DNA from: a virus
IMG/VR virus record: IMGVR_UViG_3300029240_000001
Strand: one strand, 5' to 3'
Length of the DNA stretch: 64,000 nt
Shown: piece after piece, positions 9,385-17,208 of the stretch
Layout: each line of letters opens with the position of its first letter
Position numbering within the stretch: the first letter of the stretch is position 1
Translations under genes and position numbers: made by a program
The notes under the pieces: generated by a model
The model's database searches: none
Seen by the model: the letters and a program-made list of their open reading frames with translations, nothing else
Told to the model about the DNA's origin: nothing

Positions 9385-10050
9385 ATGAGCGCCACTTTAA
9401 TTAGAAAATGCGCGTTCTGTGGGGAAGATATTGTTTTAACAAAGAATGATATGCATATGGTTTCTTATAAACAGAAAAGCTATCATACTGAATGTTTTAA
9501 AACAATGTGTAATGGGCGAGTACTAAAAAACAACAGGTACTCGTCCATTTATTCAGATGCCTTACAGAATTTAGATCAACTAGAATCAGAAGCAAAAAAG
9601 AAATTAATGCATCGTTTTGTGCAAGACGAATTCAATGAGTATTTGATTGTACATTATGATGTTGGGGCATTAAGTCGTCGTTTTTGGTCAATTATTGCAG
9701 ACGTTCAATCTGGAAAATATAATGGAAGACGGTGCAAGCCAATTGAATTAGAAACATTGTTTGATATGTGGAAGGACTATCAGAAAGAACTAGACAAAAC
9801 AAATGCATGGAACAAGCGTCATGGCAAGGTGATTGATGGAGAGGTAAGAGTTAACTATGATCTTGCTATTTTAATGAGTAATTATGTAAAATATTCAAAA
9901 GCCAAGGAAAAAGCAAAGAAAGAAGCAGAAGAGAAAGAGAAACAAAGTCGCGTTAAAAAGAGTGTAAACATTGATTATAGCAAAATTAAAGCAGTTGAAC
10001 AGAATGATGGATTAGGGGATATTAGCGATCTTTTGGAAGACTTAATTTGA
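9385..10050 (+). CDS. hypothetical protein with N-terminal zinc finger
   Basis: CAFCG...HTEC; lies between the recombinase and helicase genes. Confidence 0.5.
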   Translation: MSATLIRKCAFCGEDIVLTKNDMHMVSYKQKSYHTECFKTMCNGRVLKNNRYSSIYSDALQNLDQLESEAKKKLMHRFVQDEFNEYLIVHYDVGALSRRFWSIIADVQSGKYNGRRCKPIELETLFDMWKDYQKELDKTNAWNKRHGKVIDGEVRVNYDLAILMSNYVKYSKAKEKAKKEAEEKEKQSRVKKSVNIDYSKIKAVEQNDGLGDISDLLEDLI

Positions 10051-10064
10051 TAGGAAGTGAAAAT

Positions 10065-11594
10065 ATGGAACTTGAATTAACTAATAGCCAGTCCGAAATG
10101 CTGGTAGTTGGATCGTTTTATAAAGAGCCAACATTATATCTAACATATGGAACCTCAATTGTCCCAAAATATGATTTTTCGGACAAGGCATGTGAGTTTT
10201 TTTATCAGTTATTTTCTGATTATTATGTTTCATATTCTGAAGATTTTACCGAATTGAAAATTAATACGTTCTGCAGCATGTCTAAAGAGCGTTTTAAACA
10301 ATATAGACAGTATGGTGGATATAAGACAATTAAAGAATTAATGGCAATGAGCGACCCTCATGATATTAAGAATTATCTTTCAATATTTAAGAAGTTTTCA
10401 TTGCTAAGAGCTTTTAATGAGACTGGATATGATGTATCAAAAATTTTGGCAATTAAGAATTTCAATGCATTAACGCCAGATGATATTTGTAGAATTGTTC
10501 GTGGCCGAATTGATAAGGTAGCTAATAAAGTACAAGCAATTGATGAACCTGTTGTTCTTACAGAAAACGCAGTTTCATGTATTGATCAATTCCTATGCAT
10601 GCCATCTATGGGCGTTGCTGGGCCATGGCCATATCTTCAGAAGTATTATAGAGGATTGCTTCCCGGAAACGTTTTGATGACAGGAGCTTTGAGCAATAGC
10701 GGTAAGGGCAGAAATCTCGTTTATCTTATTGCGTATTTAGTTCTTGTTCAAAAGCAAAAAATTCTATTGCTTGCAAACGAAATGTCGGCAGAGAGCATTA
10801 AATTGAACTTTTTAGTTACATGTATTAATTCTCCAGAGATTCAAGAACTACATGGAATTAAAGATGTTTATAAACCAGAAAGAGAAATTGCACTCGGATC
10901 ATATAAAGATGATAACGGAAAGTACATTTATAGACAAATGGATGATAATGGAGTGTATACAGAAGATGAAGAGTCTTATAAAAAGAGAATTTATGAAACC
11001 TCTTCCGAATATCGTAAGGTGCAACGAATTATGCAATGGGTTGAATCTGAAAGTAGTGGAAAATTCTTGTTTAAGAATATCGGCTCTTGCTATGAAGATG
11101 AAGTACTTGAAATGGAAATTAAAAAAGCCAACACAATTTACAAATGTGATGGTGTAGCATACGATACACTTAAATGTTCTGGACTTGAGGACTTTGCAAA
11201 GCTGGCCGCAACTGCTACAAAAATTACAGAGTGGATTCATGAAACAAAAATGTATTGTATTTGCACCTTCCAGCTTACAGATTCTGCGCATGATATCCCT
11301 ATTGAAGACTTAAATTCTCAGGAGATTGCATGTTCAAAGAGAATGATGCATGTTACTGACCAAATGCAAATGTGGAAGCATTTATCAGCAGATGATAAGC
11401 AAAACTATGTATATTTCTGTGAAGATGATACTTGGGGAGAACCAATAGAACATGATTTAAGATATGATAAAAATTATGTTGGATTAAGAATTGTAAAGAA
11501 CAGAGTTGGTTCTAAGAATGATTTGATCTGCTTTGAAGTAGATATGGACGGAAATGTTTGGAAAGAAATTGGTGTGCTTAAGAAGAAAATGTAA
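10065..11594 (+). CDS. DnaB-like replicative helicase
   Basis: N-terminus SEMLVVGSFYKEP resembles the DnaB N-domain. P-loop GALSNSGKG. Confidence 0.55.
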   Translation: MELELTNSQSEMLVVGSFYKEPTLYLTYGTSIVPKYDFSDKACEFFYQLFSDYYVSYSEDFTELKINTFCSMSKERFKQYRQYGGYKTIKELMAMSDPHDIKNYLSIFKKFSLLRAFNETGYDVSKILAIKNFNALTPDDICRIVRGRIDKVANKVQAIDEPVVLTENAVSCIDQFLCMPSMGVAGPWPYLQKYYRGLLPGNVLMTGALSNSGKGRNLVYLIAYLVLVQKQKILLLANEMSAESIKLNFLVTCINSPEIQELHGIKDVYKPEREIALGSYKDDNGKYIYRQMDDNGVYTEDEESYKKRIYETSSEYRKVQRIMQWVESESSGKFLFKNIGSCYEDEVLEMEIKKANTIYKCDGVAYDTLKCSGLEDFAKLAATATKITEWIHETKMYCICTFQLTDSAHDIPIEDLNSQEIACSKRMMHVTDQMQMWKHLSADDKQNYVYFCEDDTWGEPIEHDLRYDKNYVGLRIVKNRVGSKNDLICFEVDMDGNVWKEIGVLKKKM

Positions 11595-11625
11595 AGATTC
11601 ATTGGATAAATTTTAATATTATGGC

Positions 11626-11654
11626 TTGACAAATTTAAAATTATATGATAATTT
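11626..11654 (+). promoter_or_regulatory. sigma-A type promoter (weaker -10)
   Basis: TTGACA, then spacer AATTTAAAATTATATGA, then TAATTT/ATAATT. Confidence 0.5.
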
Positions 11655-11714
11655 ACAGGCAGTTCAAGATAACGGTTTATAAGAGAGATGCGCCAGATGG
11701 AGGGTGTTATTAAA

Positions 11715-11882
11715 ATGAGTTTTGATAATCGGGTTGTGATTGTAAGTAATTATGCAACTGAAGCACTTAATAATGAACTGAGCTATTGGGGTGATCGTGG
11801 ATTCAGGCTAGTTTCTACTGAAATGGCAGCGAATACATGTGGCGTTACAGTTATGTATCTATTTTTTACAAAAGAGGCATAA
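11715..11882 (+). CDS. hypothetical protein
   Basis: ATG at 11715 after GGAGGG. Confidence 0.5.
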   Translation: MSFDNRVVIVSNYATEALNNELSYWGDRGFRLVSTEMAANTCGVTVMYLFFTKEA

Positions 11883-11887
11883 GATAA

Positions 11888-12088
11888 ATGGATAGATGCG
11901 GAACATGCAAGCATTATATTGGTTGTGGAGATTGGAATTTATGCTGTGATATTCCACATCCGACCCCTAAAGAAAAAGAAATGGGGATGACTTTTATATT
12001 TGGGCATTTGTGTTATGAGGACACAAGTGCTTGTGACATGTACGAGCCGAAAGGAGCAAACTATGTTAATGAAAATTGCACATCATAA
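11888..12088 (+). CDS. cysteine-rich hypothetical protein
   Basis: CGTCKHYIGCGDWNLCC. Confidence 0.5.
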   Translation: MDRCGTCKHYIGCGDWNLCCDIPHPTPKEKEMGMTFIFGHLCYEDTSACDMYEPKGANYVNENCTS

Positions 12089-12332
12089 TGATGGAAAGGA
12101 AAAGTTTCAATCACATACTTGTTATTTATTTAATGATTCTGATAGATATCATAATTTTGACTTAACAAATATTTATGGATATGGCGAAACAAAAGAAGAA
12201 GCTATAGAAAACTTAAAGAAAAAACTTGCATATTATTTTGACGAGCTTCATGCGCTAGAAGAGATGCTTTATGAAACAGATGTGCTCGACAACGATATTG
12301 TTGAAGTTGATTGTTTAGGAAGAAAGATTTAG
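12063..12332 (+). CDS. hypothetical protein
   Basis: ATG at 12063 after AGGAG; overlaps the upstream gene end. Confidence 0.5.
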   Translation: MLMKIAHHNDGKEKFQSHTCYLFNDSDRYHNFDLTNIYGYGETKEEAIENLKKKLAYYFDELHALEEMLYETDVLDNDIVEVDCLGRKI

Positions 12333-12427
12333 TGTATGTGGTGGCAAGATGGAGATTGTATTTGTAACACGGTAGTAAAATTACTTGGATTACTTGCGAA
12401 TAGTATGGCATATTTAAAAAGTGCCAC

Positions 12428-12456
12428 TTGACAAACAGCAATTCTTGTGATATAAT
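12428..12456 (+). promoter_or_regulatory. consensus sigma-A type promoter
   Basis: TTGACA, 17-nt spacer, TATAAT. Confidence 0.75.
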
Positions 12457-12509
12457 CCAAGCATAGTTAAAAGAAGTCAATATGTGATTCAAAAAAACGA
12501 AAAAAGCTA

Positions 12510-12538
12510 TTGACAAACAGAAAAACATATGGTATAAT
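12510..12538 (+). promoter_or_regulatory. consensus sigma-A type promoter (tandem copy)
   Basis: TTGACA, 17-nt spacer, TGgTATAAT. Flanks resemble the 12428 unit. Confidence 0.75.
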
Positions 12539-12556
12539 TCAAGCATAAGTCAAAAG

Positions 12557-12573
12557 ACAATACAAAATTATTT
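12557..12573 (+). promoter_or_regulatory. conserved element copy in a 5' leader
   Basis: ACAATACAAAATTATTT. Confidence 0.55.
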
Positions 12574-12597
12574 AAAAAAGAAAGGACAAAAGAAAAA

Positions 12598-12942
12598 ATG
12601 GCTATTCAGTATTATAGCAACCCAAACACGAAGGAAACGTTCGCCGTTCTAAGAGGAACTGAGCTTGATGCAATTAATAAGATTGATAAGTTTCTCAATG
12701 AGTTTGACTGTTATATGATTCGTGAGAAGTACATGATGCCTAAGCAGTTTAAGGTTAAGGTCAAGCTTGCGAAAGGTGATGTGTACGACGAGGAGAAGGG
12801 CAAGATGCTTGCAAAGGAAAAGCTTATGAAGAAGTATTATAGTGCTTTTGATAAGCGAATTGATATGTTTAGAGCAGATCTGATTGCACTAAACAGTCGT
12901 GTATTTGAAACTCCAGTAGAAATTCTTGAAAATACCCCTTGA
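12598..12942 (+). CDS. hypothetical protein
   Basis: AAAGGA RBS; AAG-rich codon usage. Confidence 0.6.
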   Translation: MAIQYYSNPNTKETFAVLRGTELDAINKIDKFLNEFDCYMIREKYMMPKQFKVKVKLAKGDVYDEEKGKMLAKEKLMKKYYSAFDKRIDMFRADLIALNSRVFETPVEILENTP

Positions 12943-12967
12943 CAATATGAAATTATTGTGGTATAAT
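12939..12967 (+). promoter_or_regulatory. consensus sigma-A type promoter with palindromic element
   Basis: TTGACA (overlaps the TGA stop), 17-nt spacer, TATAAT. ACAATATGAAATTATTGT at 12942-12959. Confidence 0.75.
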
Positions 12968-13045
12968 CCAGAATGTAGTCAAGAGAGAGCCAACTTGATT
13001 GATTGAGCCGCTTGAATACATAAAAAGAAAAACCACAAGATGTAC

Positions 13046-13074
13046 TTGACATATGACAAGTAGTGTGGTAATAT
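13046..13074 (+). promoter_or_regulatory. sigma-A type promoter
   Basis: TTGACA, 17-nt spacer, TAATAT. Confidence 0.65.
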
Positions 13075-13087
13075 GTAAGCACGCTAG

Positions 13088-13104
13088 ACAGTACAAAATT
13101 ATAG
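13088..13104 (+). promoter_or_regulatory. conserved element copy in a 5' leader
   Basis: ACAGTACAAAATTATAG. Confidence 0.6.
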
Positions 13105-13141
13105 TTAATAATTAAAAATCACTAAAAGGAGATTATGAATT

Positions 13142-13798
13142 ATGGCAACGAAGGAACAGATGACGGTACATCGTGCGCTTGCAGAACTTAAGGTTATTGA
13201 TTCACGCATCAATAATGCAATTTGTTCTGGTACGTTTGTGATTGCGAATAAGCATTCTAATGAAAAGATCCATGGAGTGACTATTAATGAGTTCAAGAAC
13301 AGCATGAAGTCAGATTTCCAGAAGGTGTCTGATCTGATTGCAAGACGTAATGCAATCAAGAATGCGGTTGTTGCATCTAATGCAGTAACGAAGGTTAAGG
13401 TTGGTGACAACGAATACACAGTTGCTACTGCAATTGAGATGAAGAACCATGGGATGGAGTTTAAGAACACATTCAAGAAGTGTCTTGAAGCTCAGTATGC
13501 TGTAGCAAAGAATGAGCTTGATAAGAACAGCGGTGATCCTCTTGAGAAGAGAGCAGAGAATTATGTTCTTAGTGTCATTCAGGCACAGCCGAAGGATTCT
13601 AAGATGGCTGTTGATTCGGAAGCGATGAAGAATCTTCGTGCTCAGTACATCAAGGATAACACTTATGACATCATTGATCCTATTGGTGTCAAGGATGCCA
13701 TTGAGCAGCTTGACAACGAGATTTCTAGTTTCATTACTGAAGTTGATGCGGCACTTTCGGTTAGTAACGCACTGACTGTGCTTGATATCGAGTATTAA
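13142..13798 (+). CDS. hypothetical protein (probably very highly expressed)
   Basis: AAAGGAG RBS; four strong promoters lie upstream; AAG/CTT-rich codon usage. Confidence 0.65.
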   Translation: MATKEQMTVHRALAELKVIDSRINNAICSGTFVIANKHSNEKIHGVTINEFKNSMKSDFQKVSDLIARRNAIKNAVVASNAVTKVKVGDNEYTVATAIEMKNHGMEFKNTFKKCLEAQYAVAKNELDKNSGDPLEKRAENYVLSVIQAQPKDSKMAVDSEAMKNLRAQYIKDNTYDIIDPIGVKDAIEQLDNEISSFITEVDAALSVSNALTVLDIEY

Positions 13799-13946
13799 GC
13801 AGCTAACTTGCTGCCATTCGAAAACCTAGAACGGACTTGCTTCGATGGTTTTGACCGATACATTGATGTGAAATAATAAAAAAATTGGTCTTCAACAATA
13901 TTTTTACTAATGCTAATAATACAGTAAAAAAGATCTAATATATGAC

Positions 13947-13974
13947 TTGACTTAAAATTGATTAAAATTAAGAT
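13947..13974 (+). promoter_or_regulatory. possible promoter of the tRNA operon
   Basis: TTGACT, 16-nt spacer, TAAGAT. Confidence 0.35.
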
Positions 13975-14013
13975 GTACATATATTTTCTAACTGTAAAGC
14001 TTAAAGTTTAAAT

Positions 14014-14041
14014 ATCAATGTTCAGAGATCAATGTTCAAAG
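14014..14041. repeat. tandem 14-bp direct repeat
   Basis: ATCAATGTTCAGAG followed by ATCAATGTTCAAAG, flanked by several TTAAAGTT-like words. Confidence 0.7.
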
Positions 14042-14289
14042 ATTATTTTTTCGTCAAAGTTTAAGTCTTAAAGTTGTAAAGAGGGCTTTTAGATAATTAT
14101 TAATTAAAATTGTGTGCCCACAAAGTTTTACAAAATCCTTGAGCAATGGTTTGGTTTCAAGTTCAATGGCCATAGGTTATCCACAAGGCTGAATGGTAGC
14201 AATACTTGTACGAAAATAGGCTAATGTGAAATAGACAGAATTTTGAGTACTAGCAGAGCTGGGCATCTCTGAAAACTGCCCATTGATAT

Positions 14290-14376
14290 GCAGGTGTGCT
14301 GGAATTGGAATACAGAACAGACTTAAAATCTGTCGCCCAGATGGGATTGAGGGATCGTGACCCTTCACCTGCACCA
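14290..14376 (+). tRNA. tRNA-Leu (UAA), type II, CCA encoded
   Basis: Acceptor GCAGGTG/CACCTGC; anticodon arm ACAGA-CTTAAAA-TCTGT; long variable arm. Confidence 0.8.
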
Positions 14377-14464
14377 CGCGAACAAATGGAATGCGTCAAG
14401 TAATGTGTGGCTGGCTGACCTAAGAACCATTGACCTTGGCAAGTCATTAAACTACCATCTATAT

Positions 14465-14549
14465 GGGGGTGTGGCGTAACTAGCAGCCGCGCAAGTCTCA
14501 AAAACTTGTGGAGAAATCCGTCCGGGCGCACATCCCGGCACCCCTACCA
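14465..14549 (+). tRNA. tRNA-Leu (CAA), type II, CCA encoded
   Basis: Acceptor GGGGGTG/CACCCCT (G1-U72); anticodon arm CAAGT-CTCAAAA-ACTTG; atypical T-loop CGCACAT. Confidence 0.65.
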
Positions 14550-14552
14550 TAT

Positions 14553-14645
14553 CCTCCTTTAGTGTAATGGTAGCACGGCGCACGCAAGGCGCTAGAGCGG
14601 TTCAACTCCGTAATGTGTTAGAGCGGTTCGATTCCGCAAGGAGGT
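14553..14645 (+). tRNA. tRNA-Cys (GCA)-like with C33 and a duplicated T-arm-like hairpin
   Basis: Acceptor CCTCCTT/AAGGAGG; anticodon loop ACGCAAG; AGAGCGGTTCAACTCCGT followed by AGAGCGGTTCGATTCCGC. Confidence 0.5.
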
Positions 14646-14829
14646 CGTCTGGCACGGACGAAGTGCGCTGTGGTCATACAGTAAAATGACAAAGCTCATG
14701 GCCGATATGGATGGCGACAAATATGAGCGAGGCAGAACAATTAAATCTTGGGTCTGCAAGTAAGCCTGTCGGCAACAGAGGAGAGCCTTATGCTTGCTAG
14801 GTGTTCTAGATGCCTTTCTCCTCATAAAT

Positions 14830-14928
14830 GGGAACTTGGTCAAGTTGCTAAGACACTGGCGGGGACAGAATAGTGCAAACATTAAGAGCACACTGCCGGA
14901 GACACGAGTTCGAATCTCGTAGTTCCCA
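14830..14928 (+). ncRNA. tRNA-like gene (99 nt) with about 30 nt replacing the anticodon loop
   Basis: Acceptor GGGAACT/AGTTCCC; T-arm ACGAG-TTCGAAT-CTCGT. A 7-bp stem CTGGCGG/CTGCCGG encloses a 30-nt insert. Confidence 0.5.
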
Positions 14929-14937
14929 ACTTAATAT

Positions 14938-15022
14938 GGGTCAGTAGCGAATCGGCAAACGCAGCAGACTGTAAATCTGCCTCCTTCGGGAATAGGTGGA
15001 TCGACACCACCCTGACCCACCA
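14938..15022 (+). tRNA. tRNA-Tyr (GUA), type II, CCA encoded
   Basis: Acceptor GGGTCAG/CTGACCC; anticodon arm GCAGA-CTGTAAA-TCTGC. Confidence 0.8.
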
Positions 15023-15073
15023 AATGATAGTGAGTAGTGCAAATAGAAAAGATAAGAACGAAATAGTACCTTG

Positions 15074-15150
15074 TATGGTGGATAAACCTATTAATCACTT
15101 ATTGATTTTATTGGAGTCATGCACGGCTCCGCTTGCTATCATTACCATAG
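15074..15150 (+). ncRNA. structured RNA closed by a 7-bp acceptor-like stem (not a cloverleaf)
   Basis: TATGGTG/TACCATA closing stem. Internal hairpins AATCA-CTTAT-TGATT and GGAG-N10-CTCC. Confidence 0.3.
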
Positions 15151-15201
15151 GTCTTTGTGGCAACTGTACGACCTTATAAACTACTAAAGTTGCAATATTA
15201 T

Positions 15202-15277
15202 GCTCCGGTAGTTTAATTGGTCAAAACGTGCGACTTATAATCGCTTGTTGGGGGATCGTGGCCCTCTCGGAGCACCA
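15202..15277 (+). tRNA. tRNA-Ile (UAU), CCA encoded
   Basis: Acceptor GCTCCGG/TCGGAGC; anticodon loop CTTATAA. Confidence 0.7.
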
Positions 15278-15309
15278 CATTAAATTTTACACTGAAGAAG
15301 TGATGACAT

Positions 15310-15990
15310 TTGAGTAATGACGTAATAGGAACTAGAATTGGCATTTACGATATTTTATATGAATGTAATTTTAAATCAAATGATGGACATAAATTGTACC
15401 ATGTCAAATGTTGCGAATGCGGATATGAAACTAATATGCAACTAAGACATATTGGTGATGCAAAAAAATGTACCCATATCAATAAAAATGGGACAATAAA
15501 AATGTTTAGCGCTTATACTTGGGAGAACAAAAGAATAGGCGGAATATTCCAAGGCATGATCCAAAGATGCTACAACGAGCATGATAAAAGTTATCGTTGG
15601 TATGGGGCTAAAGGAATTCAAGTCTATGATGAATGGATTAACAATCCAAAGTCCTTTGAATATTGGGCTTTAGAGAATGGTTATGCAGACGATTTAACGA
15701 TTGATAGAATTAAAGAAGATGATAATTATTGCCCTGAAAATTGTAGATGGGTTACTGGATCGAATAATGCAAAGTATAAATCCACCACAAAAATGACTAC
15801 GGTAGATGGTATATCCCATACTGGAAGAGAATGGGCAGATATTCTTCATGTTGGAACAAATGTTATAAATACAATGTTAAGAAGGTTTCCAGAAGAACAA
15901 GTAAAGGAATTCATTAAAAAGCGAAAATTAGATCCGTCAAAGCATCCAACTAGTCATCAAACTTGGTTCCAAGTTTATGAGATTTCATAA
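15310..15990 (+). CDS. HNH-family homing endonuclease-like protein inside the tRNA array
   Basis: TTG start. RCYNEHDKSYRWYGAKGIQVYDEW...LTIDRIKEDDNYCPENCRWVT matches a motif common in phage HNH-type endonucleases. Confidence 0.65.
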   Translation: MSNDVIGTRIGIYDILYECNFKSNDGHKLYHVKCCECGYETNMQLRHIGDAKKCTHINKNGTIKMFSAYTWENKRIGGIFQGMIQRCYNEHDKSYRWYGAKGIQVYDEWINNPKSFEYWALENGYADDLTIDRIKEDDNYCPENCRWVTGSNNAKYKSTTKMTTVDGISHTGREWADILHVGTNVINTMLRRFPEEQVKEFIKKRKLDPSKHPTSHQTWFQVYEIS

Positions 15991-16151
15991 TTCCCAGATC
16001 AAAGTCAACAACAAAGATTGCTGACCTGTCGTGTGGCAGCATATAAATGAGCGACTTAATACATTTTCCATATAGCTCCTTAAAAATTGCTTTAAGCAAA
16101 GCGTAAATGCTTATCGCTACTAATCATTAGCGGTTGTTGAAACATAAATGA

Positions 16152-16230
16152 AACACTGAGGTCGGAAAGGCTCCCGACGCTCCTCTTATGAGGAACCTGA
16201 GATGCAGGATACGCCGCCCTGCCAGTGTTT
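16152..16230 (+). ncRNA. tRNA-shaped cloverleaf with a 4-nt loop where the anticodon loop should be
   Basis: 7-bp stem AACACTG/CAGTGTT. Three arms: GTCGG-N8-CCGAC, TCCTC-TTAT-GAGGA and GCAGG-N9-CCTGC. Confidence 0.4.
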
Positions 16231-16240
16231 AAAATTATAT

Positions 16241-16311
16241 TATCGTATAGCTTAATGGGAAAGCGCCCTCACTATCAGAGGGAGATACTTGTTCGATTCA
16301 AGTTGCGTTAG
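16241..16311 (+). tRNA. tRNA with anticodon loop ACUAUCA (nominal UAU; C33 and C37)
   Basis: Canonical D arm GCTT-AATGGGA-AAGC and T arm ACTTG-TTCGATT-CAAGT. Acceptor stem has one mismatch. Confidence 0.55.
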
Positions 16312-16389
16312 AAAAATGTGGATGCTATGCACGTCGCGCGCCGCCACTAAACAAAGCGTAGCTGGCGCTGTGGAAAGACACAGAGATCT

Positions 16390-16474
16390 GCAGGAGTCCC
16401 ATAGTGGTCGATTGGAGCGGTTTTGTAAGCCGCCAGCTTTGCTCACGTCGGTTCGAATCCGACCTCCTGCTCCA
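16390..16474 (+). tRNA. type II tRNA with loop UUUGUAA (nominal UGU, or GUA shifted by one), CCA encoded
   Basis: Acceptor GCAGGAG/CTCCTGC; 13-nt variable arm; T arm GTCGG-TTCGAAT-CCGAC; discriminator U. Confidence 0.6.
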
Positions 16475-16596
16475 CATTGCCAGCTATCGCTGCTTGTAGT
16501 TAGTGAGTTGTTTTAGAAGCAGTAAACCCACAAGTATGGTGGGCGGCACACCAGTAGTCGTTAAGGGCGAGATCAAGATGAACTGGTACATTATAT

Positions 16597-16712
16597 GCAA
16601 GTAAGGAAGAATTGGTCTTCTCTCATTTAACAAAGCTGAGATACAAAAAGATCGCTACTTTGGAAACGTTCGCTTTGGGGAAATGTGTGTTCGAATCACA
16701 CTACTTGCTCCA
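16597..16712 (+). ncRNA. tRNA-like gene (113 nt + CCA) with about 40 extra nt in the anticodon/variable region
   Basis: Acceptor GCAAGTA/TACTTGC; D arm GAAG-AATTGGT-CTTC; T arm GTGTG-TTCGAAT-CACAC. Confidence 0.5.
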
Positions 16713-16832
16713 GCGAGGTAACGTCACTTCCATCACGTAGCACAGCGGATAGCAAATAATGAAAGAGATATGTGCACCTAGGCTCTTGTTTGAATTATTT
16801 GGTTATGATAAAGAAGGATTGGAAACCTCGCT
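16713..16832 (+). ncRNA. 119-nt structured element closed by a perfect 7-bp stem
   Basis: GCGAGGT/ACCTCGC. It starts right after the preceding CCA and ends 5 nt before the next tRNA-like gene. Confidence 0.3.
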
Positions 16833-16836
16833 TTAT

Positions 16837-16926
16837 GAGAGCGTAACTCAGTTGGTAGAGTTTTATAGCGTGAAGGGATATGCTATTGAATACCCTTAGT
16901 CGCCAGTTCGAGTCTGGCCGCTCTCA
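16837..16926 (+). ncRNA. tRNA-like gene (90 nt) with a pseudoknot-capable insert in place of the anticodon arm
   Basis: Acceptor GAGAGCG/CGCTCTC; D arm ACTC-AGTTGGTA-GAGT; T arm GCCAG-TTCGAGT-CTGGC. Interleaved helices ATAGC/GCTAT and AAGGG/CCCTT. Confidence 0.5.
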
Positions 16927-16953
16927 TTAAAATATATATTAGGAGAAATAGTT

Positions 16954-17208
16954 ATGGCAATTAAAATAATTAGTAAAGGAAAAGATTTTGATAATCCTAT
17001 ATTTACCCAGCGATGCCCTAAATGCGATTGCGTATTTACCTATCAGAATGAAGATGCTCACAGGGAGCCTACTGGCAGGTATTACAAAGATTTTGAAGAT
17101 TATTTTATTAAAATGGACGATTGCGACAGACAAGAAATTGCAGTATCTGTTGAATGTCCTTGGTGTCATAAAAAGATTCATATAAAGGATGAATATAAAA
17201 AGATATGA
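16954..17208 (+). CDS. zinc-ribbon protein inside the tRNA array
   Basis: AGGAGA RBS; CPKCDC...CPWCHKK. Confidence 0.6.
   Translation: MAIKIISKGKDFDNPIFTQRCPKCDCVFTYQNEDAHREPTGRYYKDFEDYFIKMDDCDRQEIAVSVECPWCHKKIHIKDEYKKI

Noticed and set aside
14701-14774. A 74-nt candidate tRNA closed by GCCGATA/TGTCGGC
   Set aside because: The inside folds as one long bulged hairpin (loop UUAAAUC) with no D or T arms, so I could not draw a cloverleaf. I leave it as unassigned structure.
16241-16311. Reading the loop ACUAUCA as an amber suppressor (CUA)
   Set aside because: CUA would occupy positions 33-35 rather than 34-36. TAG-terminated ORFs in the window (for example 53143..53304 and 22717..23532) look complete. 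I keep it as an atypical UAU-type loop.
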